Assembly (NCBI GenBank): GCA_965140415.1
Contig: OZ223209.1
Span: 5,472,001 to 5,536,000 of the forward strand
DNA length: 64,000 nucleotides
Direction of reading: 5' to 3'
Source of the DNA: Myxococcota bacterium
Lineage (GTDB): Bacteria; Myxococcota_A; SURF-8
The notes beneath the pieces were generated by a model. That model made no database searches. It saw only the letters and a program-made list of their open reading frames with translations, and was not told the DNA's origin. The position numbers and the translations under genes were made by a program. This document shows, in pieces, positions 24,018 to 36,151 of this stretch (its first letter is position 1; every line of letters starts with the position of its first letter).

Positions 24018-24082
24018 TCGGTTCCCTCGTCTGCGCAGGCCTTACGTTTACGGGCAAATGCCCACCCGCGGTCTTTGACCAT
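24018..24082 (-). promoter_or_regulatory. L10 leader (autogenous L10-L12 binding RNA element)
   Basis: Minus strand AAGACCGCGGG...TAA..CCTGCGCAGACG matches the rplJ-leader core, upstream of rplJ. Confidence 0.8.
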
Positions 24083-24126
24083 AAAGCGCGGCACCATTGC
24101 CGCGACCGACCTCAATAAAAAAACGT

Positions 24127-24831
24127 CTATCTCAAGTAATCGACGACGTTCGACACATCCACACGAACTCCCGGTCCCATTGTTGTCGAAACCGCCAGGC
24201 CCTTCAAATAGGTACCTTTTGTAGAGGACGGCTTCAACTTCATGATAACCGACATCAGTTCCAGGAAGTTTTCTTTCAGTTTGTCTTTTTCGAAGGACCG
24301 GCGACCGATAGGAGCATGAATAATGCCGGCTTTTTCAACGCGGAATTCGATTCGGCCTTTTTTCAATTCACCAACCGTGCGGGCGATTTCCTGAGTCACG
24401 GTGCCGACTTTGGGGTTCGGCATCAAACCGCGTGGTCCCAACAGGCGACCGATTTTACCCACAACGCCCATCATATCAGGGGCGGCCACGACTTTATCAA
24501 ACTCGAACCAGCCGCCTTTGATTTTTTCCACCAAATCATCGCCACCGACGAAATCGGCACCGGCTTCTTTGGCTTCCGTTTCTTTTTCACCTTTGCAGAA
24601 CGCCAACACGCGCACGGTTTTCCCCGTACCATGCGGCAGCAGAACCGCACCGCGAACCATCTGATCGGCATACTTCGGATTGACGCCCAATTTGATCGCC
24701 ACATCCACCGACTCATCGAACTTCGCAAATGTCAACTCGTCGATTTTCGCCAACGCTTCATCGAGCGAATATTTCGTTAGCGAATCAACGTTTTCTCGTA
24801 CGGCACGATATTTCTTGCCACGCTTAGCCAT
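24127..24831 (-). CDS. rplA: 50S ribosomal protein uL1
   Basis: [37 protein letters not shown]. Confidence 0.99.
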   Translation of the reverse strand: MAKRGKKYRAVRENVDSLTKYSLDEALAKIDELTFAKFDESVDVAIKLGVNPKYADQMVRGAVLLPHGTGKTVRVLAFCKGEKETEAKEAGADFVGGDDLVEKIKGGWFEFDKVVAAPDMMGVVGKIGRLLGPRGLMPNPKVGTVTQEIARTVGELKKGRIEFRVEKAGIIHAPIGRRSFEKDKLKENFLELMSVIMKLKPSSTKGTYLKGLAVSTTMGPGVRVDVSNVVDYLR

Positions 24832-24844
24832 GTTGCACTCCTTC

Positions 24845-24879
24845 GCGGTTCAAGCGGTCAGTTTTTCATGACCTCCCGC
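24845..24879 (-). promoter_or_regulatory. Putative uL1-binding mRNA site between rplK and rplA
   Basis: Minus strand GCGGGAG-GTCA..TGAC-CGCTTGAACCGC directly before the rplA RBS; resembles the L1 operator that mimics the 23S L1 site. Confidence 0.65.
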
Positions 24880-24900
24880 ATACAGGTGTAAATAGTATGA

Positions 24901-25326
24901 TTATTCGACGACCGTGATGCCCATCGAGCGGGCGGTGCCCTCTACGATTTTCATAGCGGCGTCGATATCGAACGCATTCAGATCTTCCATTTTCAGTTCG
25001 GCGATCTCCTGAACCTGCGCACGCTTGACCTTGCCGACTTTGCGCTTGTTCGGTTCACCGGAACCCTTGGCCAACTTCGCGGCTTTCAACAGCAAACGCG
25101 ATGCCGGGGGGGTCTTGGTAATGAAAGAAAACGTACGATCACCGTACACGGTAATCTGCACGGGAATGATCATACCGGCCTGCTTCTGGGTGCGAGCATT
25201 GTATTGCTTGCAGAAATCCATGATGTTCACACCATGCTGACCAAGAGCCGGACCGACGGGCGGAGAAGGATTTGCTTTGCCCGCTTCGATTTGCAATTTA
25301 ATTTTGCCGATAACTTTCTTTGCCAT
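24901..25326 (-). CDS. rplK: 50S ribosomal protein uL11
   Basis: [31 protein letters not shown]. Confidence 0.99.
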   Translation of the reverse strand: MAKKVIGKIKLQIEAGKANPSPPVGPALGQHGVNIMDFCKQYNARTQKQAGMIIPVQITVYGDRTFSFITKTPPASRLLLKAAKLAKGSGEPNKRKVGKVKRAQVQEIAELKMEDLNAFDIDAAMKIVEGTARSMGITVVE

Positions 25327-25338
25327 GGGAAACCTCGT

Positions 25339-25884
25339 CTATTCCTTCTCTACCTGAGAGAAATCCAACTCAATCGGCGTGGCGCGTCCAAAAATGGAAA
25401 CAGACACAACCACCCGGCCTTTTTCCGCTTTCACCTCTTCCACGGTACCGGTGAAATTGCTGAACGGTCCGTTCATTACACGCACCGACTCGCCCTCGTC
25501 GAACATGACCTTGGGCTTCGGTTTGGACACACCGTCTTCGATCTGCTTCTTCAAACGCATGATCTCCGCTTCCGGAACCGGAGGCGGATTGGTAGAATTA
25601 CCAACAAATCCCGTGATCTTAGGCGTATCCTTGATGCAATGCCACGTGGTTTCGGTCAGCATCATTTCGACCAGCATGTAGCTGGGGAAAAATTTTCTTA
25701 CAGCCGTGCGCTTCTGATTCTTGACCGTTTCAACCACCGTTTCGGTCGGAATCAAAATTTCGCCGAAGTACTCTTCCAATCCGGTATTGCGGATATTCTC
25801 TTCCAGCGAAGCTTTGGCTTTGTTCTCATACCCTGAATAAGTATGAACGAAGTACCATTTCATTTTAATCTCGGTGTCACTCAT
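25339..25884 (-). CDS. nusG: Transcription termination/antitermination factor NusG
   Basis: WYFVHTYSGYENK, KFFPSY, GPFSNFTG, IFGRATPIEL. Confidence 0.98.
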   Translation of the reverse strand: MSDTEIKMKWYFVHTYSGYENKAKASLEENIRNTGLEEYFGEILIPTETVVETVKNQKRTAVRKFFPSYMLVEMMLTETTWHCIKDTPKITGFVGNSTNPPPVPEAEIMRLKKQIEDGVSKPKPKVMFDEGESVRVMNGPFSNFTGTVEEVKAEKGRVVVSVSIFGRATPIELDFSQVEKE

Positions 25885-25929
25885 ACACCGTTACCTCCGC
25901 GCGAAGCTCGCGCTTCTATTCGAAGCCAG

Positions 25930-26304
25930 CTAGGAATAGATGAAGTTGGTAAACGTCGAAAAGATGTAATCGAAGAGACCGAGAATGAACGCAACGATGA
26001 GCACCAGAACGATTACCACAAGGGTTGCTGCTCGGGTATCCACAAGATTCGGCCACGTAACTTTCCGAATTTCCTTGATAACTTCAAGACCGAACTCACT
26101 GGCGCGCTGGTGTTTCATCAACACGATAAAAGCGATCAGGCCTGTAACAAGCCCCACCAAATCGGCCAAGGGAATATAGTTCGCCAGCGGATCCGCCAGG
26201 TCCATGATCCCCATTACGCTTTCAACGATCTTGGCCATCAGGTATACCCCGATGAGCGCCAGAGCGCCAAAGCTCAACATGATCCACCGCTGGTTAGAGG
26301 ACAT
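25930..26304 (-). CDS. secE: Preprotein translocase SecE, long three-TM form
   Basis: EIRKVTWP motif, three hydrophobic segments, lies between tRNA-Trp and nusG; ATG 26304 chosen for its GAGGTG RBS. Confidence 0.93.
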   Translation of the reverse strand: MSSNQRWIMLSFGALALIGVYLMAKIVESVMGIMDLADPLANYIPLADLVGLVTGLIAFIVLMKHQRASEFGLEVIKEIRKVTWPNLVDTRAATLVVIVLVLIVAFILGLFDYIFSTFTNFIYS

Positions 26305-26337
26305 TCGGAGCACCTCGCCTATTGAACATCAAAAAAG

Positions 26338-26414
26338 TGGCAGGCCAGGAGGGACTCGAACCCCCAGCATCCGGATTTGGAGTCCGGCGCTCTACCAATT
26401 AGAGCTACTGGCCT
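26338..26414 (-). tRNA. tRNA-Trp (CCA)
   Basis: Cloverleaf, anticodon arm CCGGA-CTCCAAA-TCCGG, encoded CCA end. Confidence 0.97.
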
Positions 26415-26431
26415 TCTCTTAATAAAACCTG

Positions 26432-26590
26432 TTACTTCTTCTCAGTGAACTTCTTGTGCTTCCGACATTCCGGACAGTACTTGTTGAAAGACAGTTTCTG
26501 AGGTGTCGTTTTCTTGTTCTTCTTGGTGTGATAACGATAAGAGCAGTCTTCACACTGAAGAATCACATTGCTTTTACTATTCGCGGCCAT
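26432..26590 (-). CDS. rpmG: 50S ribosomal protein bL33, zinc-binding form
   Basis: CEDC...KKNKKTTPQKL...KYCPECRKH; GGAGG RBS before ATG 26590. Confidence 0.95.
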   Translation of the reverse strand: MAANSKSNVILQCEDCSYRYHTKKNKKTTPQKLSFNKYCPECRKHKKFTEKK

Positions 26591-26657
26591 TACATGCCTC
26601 CGGTAATTCGAACGCCGGTCCCGCACATGGAACCGGCGAAACGAACCCTACTCGTTG

Positions 26658-27848
26658 CTACTCAATAACTTCGGCGACGACGCCAGCGCCAACGGTACGA
26701 CCGCCTTCGCGGATCGCAAAGCGCAGCTCTTTTTCCATCGCCACAGGCGTAATCAGTTCCACTTCCATCGAAATATTGTCACCAGGCATCACCATCTCGA
26801 CGCCTTCAGGCAACGTCACCGCTCCAGTCACATCCGTCGTACGGAAATAGAACTGAGGACGATAACCCTTGAAGAACGGAGTATGACGTCCGCCTTCTTC
26901 CTTATTCAGAACGTACACTTCCGCTTTGAATTTCGTATGCGGTTTGATCGAACCCGGCGCCGCCAGAACCTGGCCACGCTCGATTTCGTCTTTCTTCACA
27001 CCACGCAGCAAGCAGCCAACGTTGTCGCCCGCACGACCTTCATCCAGAATCTTGCGGAACATTTCAACGCCCGTAACAACCGTCTTGCGGGTTTCTTTGA
27101 AGCCCACAATCTCGATCTCGTTGCCCGTATTCACGATGCCGCGTTCCACACGACCCGTCGCAACCGTTCCACGACCGGAAATCGAGAACACATCCTCGAC
27201 CGGCATCAGGAAGGGCTTGTCCGTTACGCGCTCGGGCTGCGGAATGTAGCTGTCCACTTCTTCCATCAGCTTCAACACCGACTGCTCGCCCTGCTCGTCT
27301 TCGTCGCCGTTCAAGGCTTTCAGCGCGCTACCAGGAATGATCGGAATGTCGTCGCCCGGGAATTCGTAGCTGCTCAGCAGCTCACGCAGTTCCAGCTCGA
27401 CCAGTTCCAGCAGTTCCGGATCGTCCAGCATATCCACCTTATTTAAGAACACCACCATCGCGGGCACGCCAACCTGACGAGCCAGCAGCACGTGCTCGCG
27501 AGTCTGCGGCATCGGGCCGTCATTGGCCGCCACGACCAGGATCGCGCCGTCCATCTGCGCCGCACCCGTGATCATGTTCTTGATATAGTCAGCATGGCCC
27601 GGGCAGTCCACGTGCGCGTAGTGACGATTCGCGGTTTCGTATTCGATATGCGCCGTCGCGATCGTGATGCCACGTTCTTTTTCTTCCGGGGCCTTGTCGA
27701 TCTCGTCAAACGCCGTGAATTCCGCTCCGCCGGCCTTGGCCAAAACCTTGGTGATCGCCGCGGTCAGCGTCGTTTTACCATGATCGATGTGACCGATCGT
27801 CCCAACATTGCAGTGGGGCTTGTTACGCTCAAACTTTGCTTTTGCCAT
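26658..27848 (-). CDS. tuf: Elongation factor Tu (tRNA-operon copy)
   Basis: Protein identical to the 9682-10872 copy; true start ATG 27848 (MAKAKF) with AAGGAGG RBS. Confidence 0.99.
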   Translation of the reverse strand: MAKAKFERNKPHCNVGTIGHIDHGKTTLTAAITKVLAKAGGAEFTAFDEIDKAPEEKERGITIATAHIEYETANRHYAHVDCPGHADYIKNMITGAAQMDGAILVVAANDGPMPQTREHVLLARQVGVPAMVVFLNKVDMLDDPELLELVELELRELLSSYEFPGDDIPIIPGSALKALNGDEDEQGEQSVLKLMEEVDSYIPQPERVTDKPFLMPVEDVFSISGRGTVATGRVERGIVNTGNEIEIVGFKETRKTVVTGVEMFRKILDEGRAGDNVGCLLRGVKKDEIERGQVLAAPGSIKPHTKFKAEVYVLNKEEGGRHTPFFKGYRPQFYFRTTDVTGAVTLPEGVEMVMPGDNISMEVELITPVAMEKELRFAIREGGRTVGAGVVAEVIE

Positions 27849-27939
27849 GCCTGCCTCCTTGTCGAAAGCTAGTCCTTCTATACTTCGATCATCCGGAACG
27901 CCGATAGGAGGCAAACCGGAACCGACGAAAAACAACGAA

Positions 27940-28015
<76 letters not shown>

Positions 28016-28017
28016 AC

Positions 28018-28093
28018 TGGAGCGGGAAACGGGACTCGAACCCGCGACCCATAGCTTGGAAGGCTATTGCTCTACCAACTGAGCTATTCCCGC
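28018..28093 (-). tRNA. tRNA-Gly (TCC)
   Basis: Anticodon arm ATAGC-CTTCCAA-GCTAT, CCA end. Confidence 0.97.
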
Positions 28094-28116
28094 AAGCGAG
28101 TCCGTACATAAAAAAA

Positions 28117-28202
<86 letters not shown>

Positions 28203-28225
28203 AGTATATATCCTCAACAGTCTAA

Positions 28226-28301
28226 TGGAGCTGGCGATGGGACTTGAACCCGCAACCTGCTGATTACAAATCAGCTGCTCTGCCAATTGAGCTACGCCAG
28301 C
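28226..28301 (-). tRNA. tRNA-Thr (TGT)
   Basis: Anticodon arm GCTGA-TTTGTAA-TCAGC, CCA end. Confidence 0.97.
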
Positions 28302-28404
28302 GAAGCTTTGACTATCGCTATGTACTTAAAATCAAAGAACTTACCGGATTATTGCAACCGGTTGGATTTTGCACACATACCACTCCATGGGTATGGACCG
28401 AAGA

Positions 28405-28433
28405 CTTATAAGCGGTTCGTTCGGTTTTGTCAA
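28405..28433 (-). promoter_or_regulatory. Sigma70 promoter of the tRNA-tuf operon
   Basis: TTGACA-N17-TATAAG with upstream T-tract, ~100 nt before tRNA-Thr. Confidence 0.7.
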
Positions 28434-28668
28434 GAAAAATATTGGGAGATGATCTCTATTTTTTTCTCGACTCGTCATGACGACCGCGTCTGCATCATTC
28501 GGCAGATGACCGGGATCCTGATTCCTACCTATTAGATAGAGCGGAAAAAACGCCTCCGCTCGTCGGTATAATTACAGGATCCACCCTCGCCCAAGGCGAA
28601 GCGGACTGCTTTATAAGTAAAAAAAAATCAGAAAACAAGATTTTTTTGAAAAAAATGCCATTCTTTAC

Positions 28669-28696
28669 TTGCAATTAATTTTCTACACCTTACTTT
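28669..28696 (+). promoter_or_regulatory. Putative sigma70 promoter of groESL
   Basis: TTGCAA-N16-TACTTT preceded by A/T tracts (UP-element-like). Confidence 0.5.
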
Positions 28697-28853
28697 GATG
28701 AGCGCTCGGTCACAATCGAGAGATTCGAAAGCTTGCCCGAGTCTAATGATAATAAGATTCGTTCGATGGTATATTTTACTTGGGGTAACCCATAACTTAT
28801 TGCAGTTCCATAGGAAATTAGGAACTTAGGAGAGGTCAAGAAAGGAGAACGTC

Positions 28854-29141
28854 ATGAATTTACGTCCGTTGAATGATCGCGTGATCGTGAAGCGCATGGA
28901 CGAGGAAGAGCGCAGCGCCGGTGGCATCATCATCCCCGACTCCGCCAAAGAAAAGCCGATTCAGGGAAAAATCATGGCCGTGGGCAATGGTCGTCTCAAA
29001 GAAGACGGCAGCCGCGTCCCGATGGAATTGAAAGAAGGCGATGTGGTCTTGTACGGCAAATATGCCGGTACCGAAGTCAAGCACAACGACGAAGAATTCC
29101 TGATCCTGCGCGAAGATGACATTCTCGCCGTGATCGTGTAA
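28854..29141 (+). CDS. groES: Co-chaperonin GroES
   Basis: [30 protein letters not shown]. Confidence 0.99.
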   Translation: MNLRPLNDRVIVKRMDEEERSAGGIIIPDSAKEKPIQGKIMAVGNGRLKEDGSRVPMELKEGDVVLYGKYAGTEVKHNDEEFLILREDDILAVIV

Positions 29142-29162
29142 CCAAACCGCAACCCGGTTTAA

Positions 29163-30845
<1,683 letters not shown>

Positions 30846-30880
30846 GCTCCCACCTGCCGATTTCGGCCCCTAGATACACG

Positions 30881-30922
30881 ACTCCCCCGCAGCTTTATCG
30901 TTGCGGGGGAGTTTTGGTTTTA
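30881..30922 (+). terminator. Rho-independent terminator after groEL
   Basis: ACTCCCCCGCAGC-loop-GTTGCGGGGGAGT followed by TTTGGTTTT. Confidence 0.85.
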
Positions 30923-31025
30923 TGGGAAGTAGCATGACAAGCCCCCCCCCTCTTCTAATTCCTCTTGGCTCTTGGGGCACCTATGCTAAGATACCCCATC
31001 GACGATCTCAGGCCAAAGGACGATC

Positions 31026-33239
31026 ATGCTGCGACATCATGTAACCTTCTATCTGCTGTTGACCTTGATGCTTCTGGGTTGCTCGGAGAACAGCTCTACT
31101 AATGACGGCGACATCGACTCGGATTCGGAATCGGATCTCACCATCCCGGACGGCGATCAAGACAGCGAGTGGACGGAAATCGAAAACGAATCCGGCTTCG
31201 ATCCGACAGCCCTGGTCGATCCGTTTATCGGCACGGCGGGAGACTGCGGGCAGTTGTCTCCAGCGGCCAACTATCCTTTCGGCATGGTGCGACTTGGCCC
31301 GGATACCCTGATTCGCAGCCATTCCGGCTACAACTATCTTATGGATTTGACTTCGGGTTTTTCCCATACGCGCATCGACGGCGTAGGTTGCAGCGGCGTG
31401 GGCGGCGACGTCCGCATCCTGCCCGGCCTGGGAGATCAGGCCAACGGCTCCTTGCAAATGGACAAGGAAACGGAAGTCGCCCTACCCGGTTATTATGCCG
31501 TGGAACTCTTGCAACAAGAACAACGCATCCAGGCGGAAATGACGGTCAGTGCTCACGCCGGACTGCATCGCTACCATTTTCCAAGCAGTAACACATCGAA
31601 TTTATTCATCAATTTCAACGATCCCATCACGGCGCGCATCGATGGCGCTTGGAACTTCGATGAAAGCGCAAACGAAATTTCCGGCTGGGTGGCGGCTAAG
31701 AACGTCTGTAACGAGGGGCAATACACCCTGTATTTCAGCATGAGTTTCAATCGCGCCGCTGCATCCTACGAACGGCAGGCAAGCTCCCGAGGCGGAGATA
31801 ATCTGTTACTGCGTTTCGCAGCCAGTGACGAGCCGCTGCTTGTGAAGATCGGCTTTTCCAGCGTCGATGAAACCTCCGCAGCCAACGACCGCGACCTGGA
31901 AATTCCGGGCTGGGACTTCGACATCCTTCGCAAGCAGAGCAGGCAGGCCTGGCAGCAGGAACTGGCTCGCTTCGAAATCGACGGAACAGGTGAGAATCAC
32001 ACGCTATTTTACACCATGTTCTATCGCAGCCTATTGACTCCGGCGAACATCACTACGCATGCAGGCAGCTATCGCGGCACCGACGGTCAAACGCATCAGG
32101 CCGATGGTTACAGCCATTACCACGGCTGGTCGCTGTGGGATACCTATCGCAACAAATTCGCCTTGATATCCTTGCAGAATCCGGTGCGCAGCGGGGAAAT
32201 CATGCAGTCGTTGGTCGATGTCTACCAACAAGGCAAAGCGGCTTGGTCCACCGAACACGAACCCTACCCAAATGTCCGCACCGAGCACGCAGCATCGCTG
32301 TTATTGGATGCATCCCGCAAGCACATCGAAGGTTTTTCGCTGGCCGATGCCTACGAAGCGATCCTCGCCGAAGCGGAAACGCTGCCGCTGGACAGCCCCG
32401 ACAAGCACCTGGAAAGTTCCTTCGACCGCTGGGTAATCGCCCAGATCGCAAAAGAGTTGAATGATACCCCGCGCTACGAAGAGTTCTCTGCGCTTGCCAA
32501 AGAGTATGAGAACGTCTGGCGCGATACCTTCCAAACGCTTGGAGACGATGCGGACGTCATGCACGCACGCGGGCTGTATGAAGGCACACTCTGGCAGTAT
32601 CGCTGGGCGGTGGTCCACGATATCCGGGGAATGATCGAACTGGATGGCGGCTCGGCTGCGTTTTTACAGAATCTCACCCAATTTTTCGAGCAGGAATTGT
32701 ACAATCACGGTAACGAGCCGGACATTCACACGCCGTTTTTATTCCATTACGTCGGCGCGCCGTGGAAATCGCAGCACCTCGTTTATTCGTTGATGGCCGA
32801 GGAAGTGAACCAATGGTACGGCACGCACGAAAAATGGAGCGAGCCGTTTCACGGGCGTATTTACCGCGCCCAGCCCGAGGGCCTGATTCCCGAAATGGAC
32901 GACGACGACGGCACGATGGCGGCCTGGTTCGTACTTGCGGCCATTGGCCTGTACCCGGTGACGATCGGCCAGCCGATCTATACGCTGACCACGCCGCTAT
33001 TTGAAAAGATCGTCCTGCACCCGGACGAAAACACCGCCTTCACCATCCTCGCTCCCGGCGTGTCCCCGGAGCGGCGCTACATCCAGTCTGCGACATTGAA
33101 CGGCGAAGCGCTTACCCGCGCCTGGCTGCATCACGATGACATCCGCAACGGAGGCGAGTTGCGCCTGGAGTTGGGAACGACTCCCAACAAGCAATGGGGC
33201 AGCGCCGCAACGGATGCACCACCCTCGGCGTTCGAGTAG
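31026..33239 (+). CDS. Glycoside hydrolase family 92 (alpha-mannosidase-like) lipoprotein
   Basis: Lipobox LLGC; VDPFIGT, PFGMV, WSLWDTYR, YEGTLWQY, HGNEP, DDDGTMAAW motifs. Confidence 0.9.
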   Translation: MLRHHVTFYLLLTLMLLGCSENSSTNDGDIDSDSESDLTIPDGDQDSEWTEIENESGFDPTALVDPFIGTAGDCGQLSPAANYPFGMVRLGPDTLIRSHSGYNYLMDLTSGFSHTRIDGVGCSGVGGDVRILPGLGDQANGSLQMDKETEVALPGYYAVELLQQEQRIQAEMTVSAHAGLHRYHFPSSNTSNLFINFNDPITARIDGAWNFDESANEISGWVAAKNVCNEGQYTLYFSMSFNRAAASYERQASSRGGDNLLLRFAASDEPLLVKIGFSSVDETSAANDRDLEIPGWDFDILRKQSRQAWQQELARFEIDGTGENHTLFYTMFYRSLLTPANITTHAGSYRGTDGQTHQADGYSHYHGWSLWDTYRNKFALISLQNPVRSGEIMQSLVDVYQQGKAAWSTEHEPYPNVRTEHAASLLLDASRKHIEGFSLADAYEAILAEAETLPLDSPDKHLESSFDRWVIAQIAKELNDTPRYEEFSALAKEYENVWRDTFQTLGDDADVMHARGLYEGTLWQYRWAVVHDIRGMIELDGGSAAFLQNLTQFFEQELYNHGNEPDIHTPFLFHYVGAPWKSQHLVYSLMAEEVNQWYGTHEKWSEPFHGRIYRAQPEGLIPEMDDDDGTMAAWFVLAAIGLYPVTIGQPIYTLTTPLFEKIVLHPDENTAFTILAPGVSPERRYIQSATLNGEALTRAWLHHDDIRNGGELRLELGTTPNKQWGSAATDAPPSAFE

Positions 33240-33253
33240 AGATATCCCCTAAA

Positions 33254-34579
33254 CTACCCGCCCGGCAGTTCATGTTCGACGCGGGTGAAGAGGTCTTCGA
33301 TGGTTTCTCGCTCCACGGAAGATTCGTATATCCCGGCGCTTAATGTCAGGCTGCCGCGATAGCCGGAGAGACCGAAAAAGCTGAAAGGCGGTACGGCGGG
33401 CGGCACGATCACCTCCGCCCGCGACACCGGCGCATCCCCGAAATTCAGGCGCGCTTCGTCGATAGGCCCCAGGTTCGTCAATCCGATTGGCTGGTTGCCG
33501 TTGCGTGCGCCGTAGAGAAACAACATGTTGGCAATCCAGCGCTTGAGGAAATACGGATAGGGCGCGACCATCACGAACATCCCCATCAGATACGACAAGC
33601 CGAAATAGTCCTGCTTGGCTTCCCGGGTCGAGCGCGTAATGCCCGCCAGCGTCTGCGCGAAGTCCCTTCCGGGATCGCCCTCCAATAAAGCCAGCATGAA
33701 GCCGCTCAGGTTGCACAACGCCTCGGCGCGACGCCCCGGCAAATAGCGGCGACAGTCGACCGTGCCCAATACGCGCAGGGCCGAGTCGCCGTCCCAGCCG
33801 CGTTGCCCAATCACCGCTCGCAATAAGGCGGTCACCAGCAGATCGTTCAAGGTGGCTTCGTGCGGCCTGGCCCACTCGGTCAATCGACTCACGCGACGCT
33901 CGGAAAGCCGCCGCAGCGTAAAGAGCGGACGTCCCTGCTTTTCCGGGCCTACCGGATAGCCGAGACTTTTAAAGGGCGAGAGGCTGCGCTTCTCGTCGTA
34001 CAGGAAGCGGCGCAGGATACCGAGCTTCTGAAAGAAAGAGAAACGATTGAAGAGCTGTCGCATGCTGCGACGCCCCCGGTTGACTTGCGGAATATAGGCG
34101 GCGTTTTGTCCCAACTCGCGGTAGATCTCCGCCAGCAGGTAGGCGAAAGCCTTGGTGCCTCCGGCATCGACGACCTGGTGATTGATCTTGAAGTTGAGCC
34201 GGTCACCCTTCTGCCCCGGAAGAATCTGCGCCCGAACCTGCGGGCCGATGTCGCCGCGCATTTCCTCGGAGAGAAAACGGCGCGTGTGGCGCTCGTCGAT
34301 GGTCTCAGCCTCTTCGACGACTTCCAACGGGGCGAATGTATCCAACTCCGCGTCGGAAACCCGTCGCCAGTAAGGCACGATCCAGCGCGGCACATAGCGG
34401 CAACCCAGCACCGGTTCGGCATCCAGCGTCAATCGCAACGCGCGTTGCAGCCGCTCGCGGTCCAGTTCGCCTTCCAGATCCATGCTCATCTGGATCTGCG
34501 GTTCCCAGACGGAAGACATCGACCAGTTGGCGTTGTCCAGAAAGCACGCGCGCAGGCGGCGGGGAATTTCGGTCGTCAT
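33254..34579 (-). CDS. Stand-alone condensation-domain / CoA-dependent acyltransferase protein
   Basis: HxxxDG-type motif NHQVVDAGG, ATLNDLL, VDCRRYL, TNLG. Confidence 0.75.
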   Translation of the reverse strand: MTTEIPRRLRACFLDNANWSMSSVWEPQIQMSMDLEGELDRERLQRALRLTLDAEPVLGCRYVPRWIVPYWRRVSDAELDTFAPLEVVEEAETIDERHTRRFLSEEMRGDIGPQVRAQILPGQKGDRLNFKINHQVVDAGGTKAFAYLLAEIYRELGQNAAYIPQVNRGRRSMRQLFNRFSFFQKLGILRRFLYDEKRSLSPFKSLGYPVGPEKQGRPLFTLRRLSERRVSRLTEWARPHEATLNDLLVTALLRAVIGQRGWDGDSALRVLGTVDCRRYLPGRRAEALCNLSGFMLALLEGDPGRDFAQTLAGITRSTREAKQDYFGLSYLMGMFVMVAPYPYFLKRWIANMLFLYGARNGNQPIGLTNLGPIDEARLNFGDAPVSRAEVIVPPAVPPFSFFGLSGYRGSLTLSAGIYESSVERETIEDLFTRVEHELPGG

Positions 34580-34688
34580 GCTGCTTCTCCGACTAGCAAA
34601 ATGTGTAGATTGTTTACTGTAGCAAATCGCGGGAACTTGTCAACGAAGGGAACGAATCCGCCACGGCGATTCAATTCTGCCTTCCCAT

Positions 34689-34828
34689 GTTGGAGCAGCG
34701 GTTCCTGCCCTGCTTCAATTGTTTGTCCCGTTGGAGCAGGGCTCCCGTCCTGCTCCAAGTGTTTGTCTTCATGGTAGGAAAAGGAGCCCCAACCGAAAAA
34801 TCAAGGTTCAAGACAGTAGCCTTGAACC
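34689..34828. repeat. REP-like hairpin cluster (two GTTGGAGCAG..CTGCTYCAA hairpins plus a GGTTCAAG..CTTGAACC hairpin)
   Basis: 34730-34778 matches the reverse complement of ~46093-46141. Confidence 0.75.
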
Positions 34829-34916
34829 ATCTCTTGGTAACCGCGCCCGTCGTAAGTGTCAAGGTCCATAAACAACTACCGCACTCGATCCATACAAAGG
34901 TGTTAAGCGAAAGACC

Positions 34917-34944
34917 TTGACTGCCGTGCCCACTGGGTTACAAT
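34917..34944 (+). promoter_or_regulatory. Putative sigma70 promoter of the protease/lipoprotein cluster
   Basis: TTGACT-N16-TACAAT. Confidence 0.6.
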
Positions 34945-35041
34945 CGGAGCATACTTGGATCGTGTCCGAAAGGCCCGAAAACAAAGGTCAAGGCGGGTAG
35001 TTACCTGCTTATCGGAAGGATTCGGTAGAAGGGAGGACGCC

Positions 35042-36082
35042 ATGCGGCGGTTGCAAGTCGGGCTATTAGCCGGACTTTTCATTTTATTGACTGCTCGCCT
35101 GCTGTTCGCGCAGCAATCGGATTTCGTCGCGCTATACGAGCGCTCCGCCGAATCCGTGGTATATGTAGTCGCCTATTTCGACGACACCCGTGGGCAGAGC
35201 GGCACCGGCTTCATTATCAACGAAACCGGCGAAATTTTAACGAACCGTCACGTCATCGTCGATGAAAAGACACGCAAAATCGCCCGCCGGGTATTGGTGT
35301 ATTACAAACCGACATTCATCAGCGGTCGCAGCCAGGAGGATTTGACCCGCCGTACGGATGCAACGGTCGTTCAGCAAAGCAAAAAGCTGGATCTGGCGAT
35401 CCTGAAACCCGAGCAGCTCGTCAAAACAGTCAAGGCGCTGCCCTTTGCGCCACCGGAAGAAATCAAAGTCGGCTTGGATGCGGCGGCTATTGGACATCCT
35501 TTGGGCGGCTCGCTCTGGTCGTTAACGACCGGACGTATTTCGGGGCGGCTGCGCGATTACAACTCGGTGCGCGGCTTGACCATGTTGCAAATGGAAACCT
35601 CCATCAATCCGGGCAATTCCGGTGGACCGCTGCTGGATCTGCAAGGGCGCGTTCTGGGTGTCAACACGATGACCGTGCGCGGTAAAGACAATGAGTTTGC
35701 CATCCAGGACATCAACTTCGCCGTCGAAGCCAAAGTCACAACCGACTGGCTGAGCTCGGTAAAAATTGCCTGGAAAAAAGGGGCGGTCACGCAAACGGCT
35801 ATCAAAACCGAACCTGCTGCGGCAAAAACCGAAACGGCGAAAACCAAGGCTCCGGCCAAACCGGAACAAGCCGCAGCGCCATCGATTTCCGGAAAAGTCT
35901 ACCCGGCTTCGGAAATGCAGAAACTGATGCAGCAGCTAGACGAATTCAGCGGGAAAAAGCCGTCTTTCAAAACGAAGAAACAGCCGCAAAAGACAACGAA
36001 TGAAACAGCTAAAGAAAAAACGATGGAAGAGGAAATGAAAGAATTCGTAGACGAGCAGAAAAAAGAACTGGATCAACCCTGA
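35042..36082 (+). CDS. Secreted trypsin-like serine protease (S1C/HtrA-like, no PDZ domain)
   Basis: Signal peptide; LTNRHV, DLAIL, INPGNSGGPLL triad motifs; ATG 35042 after GGGAGG. Confidence 0.9.
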   Translation: MRRLQVGLLAGLFILLTARLLFAQQSDFVALYERSAESVVYVVAYFDDTRGQSGTGFIINETGEILTNRHVIVDEKTRKIARRVLVYYKPTFISGRSQEDLTRRTDATVVQQSKKLDLAILKPEQLVKTVKALPFAPPEEIKVGLDAAAIGHPLGGSLWSLTTGRISGRLRDYNSVRGLTMLQMETSINPGNSGGPLLDLQGRVLGVNTMTVRGKDNEFAIQDINFAVEAKVTTDWLSSVKIAWKKGAVTQTAIKTEPAAAKTETAKTKAPAKPEQAAAPSISGKVYPASEMQKLMQQLDEFSGKKPSFKTKKQPQKTTNETAKEKTMEEEMKEFVDEQKKELDQP

Positions 36083-36151
36083 TCGATTGATAAAAAGACT
36101 ACAGGTATCGGCTACAATGCCGGAGTTTGATTTCACTGGAGAGGATAGAAG

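Noticed and set aside
27849-27935. 29-aa N-terminal extension of the second EF-Tu in the ORF track
   Set aside because: RBS and identity with the other copy place the start at 27848
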